This document shows positions 58,142-64,000 of a stretch of DNA of 64,000 nucleotides, piece after piece. The notes below the pieces were generated by a model. That model was not told the origin of the DNA and did no database searches. It saw only the letters and a program-made list of their open reading frames with translations. Each line of letters starts with the position of its first letter. Within the stretch, counting starts at the first letter, position 1. The position numbers were made by a program, and so were the translations under genes. The stretch comes from Escherichia phage BF15, in the sequence record MW822007.1; one strand, given 5' to 3'.

Positions 58142-58495
58142 TGCCTGCGAAAGCCCTCAAGGGGTACTTAGGTTTTGAATATTTACCGACAGGATAACCA
58201 TAAACCCGTCATCATACCTTATAGCTCTTATCTGTTGCACACCGTTAGCTTAAAGGTTCCGGGTTCGATTTCTCGAGGATAAGATATATACTGATGGATA
58301 TATAGGCCTTGAGGCGTACTCCCAATTGGCCATCACCTCGGGGTAGCATGCACTTGCCGCTATAAGAATAACATTCAAGAGGTACACCATAAAACTGCCG
58401 GGGTCTTAAAACTATAATGATTCGCAAATCATTAATCAGACAGTTCGATGGCTCCTCGATTTTAGCTCACACTAAGGCAGTGAATCTCCAATAAA

Positions 58496-58744
58496 TTACT
58501 TCAGTGTTACCACAAAGTGACGAACTGCTTTTCGTGCAGCAGAAGCCAGAGGCTTAGCATACTTAAGTTCATCTTTTTCCTGAAGCTCAGCAGCTAATGC
58601 AGTTTGAGCAGGATTCAGATGTTTGAAATAACGCAGGATTTCAAGAGCTTCGGCTTCAACATCAATAGATGCGCCATAGTTTTCGTGACCATTATTCCAT
58701 GCGTTTCGTTGCAGTTCAAGAGCGTGTTGTAATTGTTTAATCAT
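58496..58744 (-). CDS. rIII: rIII lysis-inhibition accessory protein
   Basis: 82 aa, same length and position (next to gene 31) as T4 rIII. Confidence 0.8.
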   Translation of the reverse strand: MIKQLQHALELQRNAWNNGHENYGASIDVEAEALEILRYFKHLNPAQTALAAELQEKDELKYAKPLASAARKAVRHFVVTLK

Positions 58745-58883
58745 TTAAAAATTCTCGTTAGAGATTAAAACTCGGTAGTCACGTTCTTCTGAATTTCATC
58801 TTCTTTCGACAGATCTCTCAGTTGTAGACTACCACATAGAATTGTTCGGTTAACTTATTATTCCGACACCCAATTCATATTAT

Positions 58884-58891
58884 TATTTATA
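58884..58891 (-). promoter_or_regulatory. possible late promoter upstream of rIII
   Basis: Plus strand TATTTATA at the 3' end of gene 31. Confidence 0.4.
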
Positions 58892-59227
58892 TCACTTATA
58901 AAGACACGGAATAGCTTTATAGTGACAGGTAACGAATTTTTGTTTAATTTCTTTTGGCTGCTTAAGACCCAGAGCTACAAAAGGATGCGGAACGTTTCGA
59001 ATTTGACCAACTGGAAGAGAAGTCAAATCACCAACTTCGCAGAAACCTTCAGGAACATCAGGACCAACAGAGTGAACTACACACAGTTCAGGAACTTCAC
59101 CTTGAACACGTTTACCGATAATGAGTCCTGATTCTGTAACTTCTTCATCACCGGCTTGTGCAGGTTCAGAAACTAAAATAACATATTCACCGACAGCACG
59201 AATTGGTAGCTGTTGTACTTCAGACAT
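58892..59227 (-). CDS. 31: gp31 co-chaperonin (GroES analogue)
   Basis: 111 aa, same length and position as T4 gp31; MotA-type middle promoter upstream. Confidence 0.85.
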
Positions 59228-59257
59228 CGTTTTTCCTTTTTGTTAACAGATGAATTA

Positions 59258-59283
59258 ATAATAACAAATAATTCTTAAAGCAT
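59258..59283 (-). promoter_or_regulatory. putative MotA-dependent middle promoter for gene 31
   Basis: Minus strand aATGCTTTA (MotA-box-like) + 12 nt + TATTAT, about 30 nt upstream of gene 31 ATG. Confidence 0.5.
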
Positions 59284-59592
59284 TTATTTACCAATAAATT
59301 GAAGCAAATGCTCAACTTTCATGCCATTAACGGAAATCAATTTGTCAATAGAAAAACCTCGCCATGCACCAAGCTCAACATCAAATACTGGAATCATATC
59401 AGTAGATTCTTTACGAGTAGATTCAGTCAATTTACCGGTTTGCATGGTTGGCATAAAGTCTGCATCACGAGTACCTTTCATAGTACGAATAGTACCATCA
59501 GACTTTTCAAAAACTACGTTTGAAATACCCATGGACAATTTAGTTTTCAAAATTTCACGAATTGCTACTTTTTGTTCAGTCGTCAGTTTCAT
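59284..59592 (-). CDS. hypothetical protein (31.1 position)
   Basis: 102 aa ORF between cd and 31. Confidence 0.6.
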   Translation of the reverse strand: MKLTTEQKVAIREILKTKLSMGISNVVFEKSDGTIRTMKGTRDADFMPTMQTGKLTESTRKESTDMIPVFDVELGAWRGFSIDKLISVNGMKVEHLLQFIGK

Positions 59593-59829
59593 TTATTTAC
59601 CTATTACAGTTTTAATATGGGTTGTTCCACGTTCTTTAAGAGTGGAAAGCAATTTTTGGCATTTTTCTAAATCAGATTTCCAACTATATGGTCTATCAAT
59701 ACAAACCCATTCTGACTTATAATACTGCTTCCATTTAGAGAAAAAATATTTCTTATACTCTACAGCAAATGAAATATTCTCATTAGAATAAGAACTAATT
59801 GCTGTGAGTTGTACCAAACGAAATTTCAT
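59593..59829 (-). CDS. hypothetical protein (31.2 position)
   Basis: 78 aa ORF; start overlaps the cd stop. Confidence 0.55.
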   Translation of the reverse strand: MKFRLVQLTAISSYSNENISFAVEYKKYFFSKWKQYYKSEWVCIDRPYSWKSDLEKCQKLLSTLKERGTTHIKTVIGK

Positions 59830-60410
59830 TATTCACCACAGAATTCGTTGATATTTTCCCAATTTAACTTATTCAAGTTTTTCTTAGGAACATTAAACAC
59901 TTCAATACCCGCATTTCGCAGAATATCATCCCAGCCAGGTTTATTTTTATCGTATGTTTCACAATAAACCAACTTTTTAATTCCAGATTGAGCTATCGCT
60001 TTTGCACAATCTGGGCAAGGAGAAAGTGTTACATACATAGTAGCACCTTCAATTGAAGAACCATTTCGTGCAGCAAACAAAATCGCATTTAGTTCAGCAT
60101 GAATTTCATTTTTAGACGACCATTCAGAGTGAGCGCTGCGGTGTTCTTTCGCCAAAACAAAACGATCAGTTGAACAAAATGATACACATTCGGGCTTATG
60201 ACCTTGAATGATAGTATGTTTAGGCTTATTCAGCAACCAACCTTGCTCAGCAGCATAATCGCAGCAATTCACACCACCAGCCGGAGAACCGTTATATCCA
60301 GTAGAAATAATACGTCCATTCTTTTCAATTACTGCTCCTACCTTCCAGGAGCAACACTTTGATTCTTGTGATACTAAATATGCAATTTGAAGTACTGTAC
60401 TCGCTTTCAT
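59829..60410 (-). CDS. cd: dCMP deaminase
   Basis: 193 aa; cytidine/deoxycytidylate deaminase zinc motifs HAE...PCPDC; length as T4 Cd. Confidence 0.9.
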   Translation of the reverse strand: MKASTVLQIAYLVSQESKCCSWKVGAVIEKNGRIISTGYNGSPAGGVNCCDYAAEQGWLLNKPKHTIIQGHKPECVSFCSTDRFVLAKEHRSAHSEWSSKNEIHAELNAILFAARNGSSIEGATMYVTLSPCPDCAKAIAQSGIKKLVYCETYDKNKPGWDDILRNAGIEVFNVPKKNLNKLNWENINEFCGE

Positions 60411-60745
60411 TTCATAATCACCAGATAAGCAGATTTAGCAGTTTCAACACGATAAATTTCGTGACGAAGTTTAGTTATACTTTTAATAACAGAACTAATT
60501 ATATTCTGCCCATCTTTAAAGCGGTTTTTCTTATCAATAAAAATTGCACCAGCCATCTTTTTGTGAAGCTCAACTGGATACTTCGTCACAATAATAGCAT
60601 CATACACAGAAGGATGAATACTATTCACTAGAGTATCATTCATTAAAGTTATTCTAATGAACTGTGCTGTTTCAGAGTCAAGCGCTCTATGATCGCCAGT
60701 ATCATTTTCAAGACAATTATCAATTATATCAGTTAAATTCATCAT
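60407..60745 (-). CDS. hypothetical protein (cd.x array)
   Basis: 112 aa ORF. Confidence 0.55.
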   Translation of the reverse strand: MMNLTDIIDNCLENDTGDHRALDSETAQFIRITLMNDTLVNSIHPSVYDAIIVTKYPVELHKKMAGAIFIDKKNRFKDGQNIISSVIKSITKLRHEIYRVETAKSAYLVIMK

Positions 60746-60978
60746 AGTACGCCATACACCCTTTGTGCTTCAACTAATCCATCAAAATCCAATTTGAGAT
60801 GTGTTATTTGGTCACCATCACCTGGATTCACAATTACTAATACTGAACGAGGAGTTTCGGTAATAACACGAACCGATGTTTCAGGAAATCGTTCAGAAAC
60901 CTTATTTACCAATTCCTGAGCAAATAGTTTAACTTTTTCTTGGAATTCTTTAACAGTAATTGGTTTTTCACTTAGCAT
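60742..60978 (-). CDS. hypothetical protein (cd.x array)
   Basis: 78 aa ORF. Confidence 0.5.
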   Translation of the reverse strand: MLSEKPITVKEFQEKVKLFAQELVNKVSERFPETSVRVITETPRSVLVIVNPGDGDQITHLKLDFDGLVEAQRVYGVL

Positions 60979-61039
60979 TTCAATTTCCTCATTTGTTTGG
61001 TAGAGCTATAATATCACAACTCTACCGTAAAGTAAACTA

Positions 61040-61315
61040 TTAAATTGCTTTGAATTCTGATGTCTGTGATTCAAAGCGAATATCGCCTTTGATAACTAAC
61101 TCAGCATCAAGACCAAATACGACAATGATATGCGCGGAACCTGGATACAGCGTAATTGCAATAGAATCCACTTGGTCTGGAAGCAAAGCGTTCAATACAT
61201 GAGTCACTTGAGCGTGGATTCGAAGTTCAGCTGCATTATCAAGCTTTTCAAACATATTATTAGCGATAATTTGGCTAAACACTACTTCTACGATTTTAGA
61301 ATAAGTCGGAAACAT
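61040..61315 (-). CDS. hypothetical protein (cd.x array)
   Basis: 91 aa ORF. Confidence 0.5.
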   Translation of the reverse strand: MFPTYSKIVEVVFSQIIANNMFEKLDNAAELRIHAQVTHVLNALLPDQVDSIAITLYPGSAHIIVVFGLDAELVIKGDIRFESQTSEFKAI

Positions 61316-61317
61316 AT

Positions 61318-61518
61318 TTACCTCACATAATTTTCTTCAAGCCAATCAATAACATCCAAAGCGTTATCAAAAATTGAACCATCTACTTTGTCTTCTGTTT
61401 CATAATCAAGAACATCTAAGCCTACTCTTCCGTCAACAATAGGCCATAGACAAAATAGATATTTCTTTTCTTTTTCAATTTTATCACAAAGACGATAAAT
61501 CTTTTCTAGATTATTCAT
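61318..61518 (-). CDS. hypothetical protein (cd.x array)
   Basis: 66 aa ORF. Confidence 0.5.
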   Translation of the reverse strand: MNNLEKIYRLCDKIEKEKKYLFCLWPIVDGRVGLDVLDYETEDKVDGSIFDNALDVIDWLEENYVR

Positions 61519-61707
61519 AAGTTTTCCATGGTAAAGGCAGTTTAGTTTTCTTTACTGTTAGTTCAGCATCAGGATTCTTTTCTCTTAATTTAAGACATTC
61601 CTCCCAAGCTCTGTTTTCACTAGTGAATACACAAAATTGCCCATTACTAGTACCAACTAAACCGCTATTTACAATAACAATAGCCCAAGTTTCATGATGC
61701 AAAGCCA

Positions 61708-61708
<1 letters not shown>
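61511..61708 (-). CDS. hypothetical protein (cd.x array)
   Basis: 65 aa ORF. Confidence 0.5.
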
Positions 61709-62908
<1,200 letters not shown>

Positions 62909-62912
<4 letters not shown>

Positions 62913-63139
62913 TTATTTTTCTCAACCAATGATTGAATATAATCATGCAGGTCTTTAGATGCTTTACCCCACTTATTTTGGTATTCATTTTTAAGATTAG
63001 CACGTGATTGAGCTAATAAAACATCATTAGTTGGAGGTAAAGATTCTAATCGTTGAATCTGGCGTCCATAAATCATTGCAGCCATCTCGGATTCATAAAT
63101 CAATCCTTTGAGATGTTCAAATTGATGCCATGAAATCAT
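62909..63139 (-). CDS. hypothetical protein
   Basis: 76 aa ORF. Confidence 0.5.
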
Positions 63140-63435
63140 TTACATTTATCCTCTTTTAGCTCTTGACGATAATAACATATCATAGTTTTTTGGTCATGTA
63201 CATATCGTTTTACATCATTAAGCCAAATACGAAATTCCTGGGAATCTTCAAATGGCATACCAACCCAAGCTTTACCATCAATAACTTTAACTTGCCAGGA
63301 TAGTTTAGCTTCATCATATGACTTTATTTGTACTGGCCAATTAGGATGAACTGTTTCTTTCTTTACTTCTAAAGGCTTTGTCGAACAACCAACTAGAAGA
63401 CCAATAGATAATATTACTGCTGATAGTTTAATCAT
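63136..63435 (-). CDS. outer-membrane spanin lipoprotein (o-spanin)
   Basis: 99 aa; signal peptide with lipobox LLVGC; overlaps upstream i-spanin-like gene by 4 nt. Confidence 0.7.
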   Translation of the reverse strand: MIKLSAVILSIGLLVGCSTKPLEVKKETVHPNWPVQIKSYDEAKLSWQVKVIDGKAWVGMPFEDSQEFRIWLNDVKRYVHDQKTMICYYRQELKEDKCK

Positions 63436-63785
63436 TTAGAAAGGTCCTGGATGTCTTCTGCGAACTTGTTGAAGGAGTTGTTGATTTGTTTTTCAACCAA
63501 TCCTGGCTTATGAGCCACCACATCCGCCTTCTTTGCATCTTTGCGCAGTTTTTCATTTTCACGCTCAATAGCAGCAATTGCCTCACGATTTTTATTATTC
63601 ATCGCATCAATATAATTATACTGAATTCGCAAATTATCTAATGCTAAAGCGTTTTCATTGGCCGTTTTTGTAATTTCAGTAACCGATGTTTCTAATCTTT
63701 CTACCTTATTTTTTAAAATAATAGATGTTCCGCCAAATGCTATTACAAGTAATAGCAATCCAGCTGTAAAATTACTTACATGCAT
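63432..63785 (-). CDS. inner-membrane spanin (i-spanin)
   Basis: 117 aa; N-terminal TM helix (GLLLLVIAFGGTSIIL) followed by coiled-coil periplasmic domain. Confidence 0.7.
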   Translation of the reverse strand: MHVSNFTAGLLLLVIAFGGTSIILKNKVERLETSVTEITKTANENALALDNLRIQYNYIDAMNNKNREAIAAIERENEKLRKDAKKADVVAHKPGLVEKQINNSFNKFAEDIQDLSK

Positions 63786-64000
63786 AAAGTTTTAATAACC
63801 TCTACAATATCGTCTTGAGAAAGACCGTTAATTAAAATATGATGTTCAGCTGGAGATTTAGAAATTTTAAAACATGCCTCAACATCTTCTGCCATATCTG
63901 ATGCACTACGATTTGGATTACTAATTCCAAGACGATGTTTTCCCGTCAAAGGATTAACGATGATGTAGCATTTACAGTTGTTAATATGAACATTAGGTTG
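63776..64000 (-). CDS. hypothetical protein (partial; 5' end beyond window end)
   Basis: Open minus-strand frame to the window edge, C-terminus ...DDIVEVIKTLCM, stop overlaps start of the i-spanin gene; not in ORF track because truncated. Confidence 0.4.
   Translation of the reverse strand, partial: QPNVHINNCKCYIIVNPLTGKHRLGISNPNRSASDMAEDVEACFKISKSPAEHHILINGLSQDDIVEVIKTLCM

Noticed and set aside
58245-58427. 60-aa minus-strand ORF in the rIII-30.x intergenic island
   Set aside because: Begins at a TTG with no RBS, composition is not protein-like; more likely noncoding
58201-58460. Possible tRNA gene suggested by GGTTCGATT and GTTCGATG T-loop-like motifs
   Set aside because: No acceptor, D or anticodon stems could be paired around either motif on either strand; kept only as an unexplained noncoding island

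Overview
This window is a contiguous ~64 kb piece of a T4-like (T-even) myovirus genome, in standard T4 orientation. Gene order, protein lengths and motifs match T4 almost gene for gene: 57B-57A-1-3-2-4 on the minus strand; the late structural block 53-5-5.1-5.4-6-7-8-9-10-11-12-wac-13-14-15-16-17-18-19-20-67-68-21-22-23-24 on the plus strand; rnlB-24.x-hoc-inh (minus); uvsW (plus); uvsW.1; uvsY and 25-26 (minus); 51-27-28-29-48-54 (plus); then a long minus-strand early region with two tandem Alt-like ADP-ribosyltransferases, DNA ligase 30, 30.x ORFs, rIII, 31, cd, cd.x, pseT and a spanin pair. It is not T4 itself: Hoc is 472 aa with an internal duplication, an HNH endonuclease sits between uvsW and uvsW.1, and gp12, wac, gp10 and gp14 differ slightly in length from my recollection of T4. 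T4-type late (TATAAATA), middle (MotA box + -10) and early-type (GTTTAC-N18 + -10) promoters and GC-hairpin terminators are visible where expected. No rRNA, tRNA or CRISPR was found. The most interesting loci are: a modular internal-protein locus at the left edge; the frame-split HNH endonuclease; the tandem Alt paralogs under a late promoter; the Hoc domain duplication; a NADAR-like/HAD-like pair next to ligase; and a 354-bp structured noncoding island between rIII and the 30.x ORFs. All calls rest on reading the sequence and recalled family knowledge; no database search was run.
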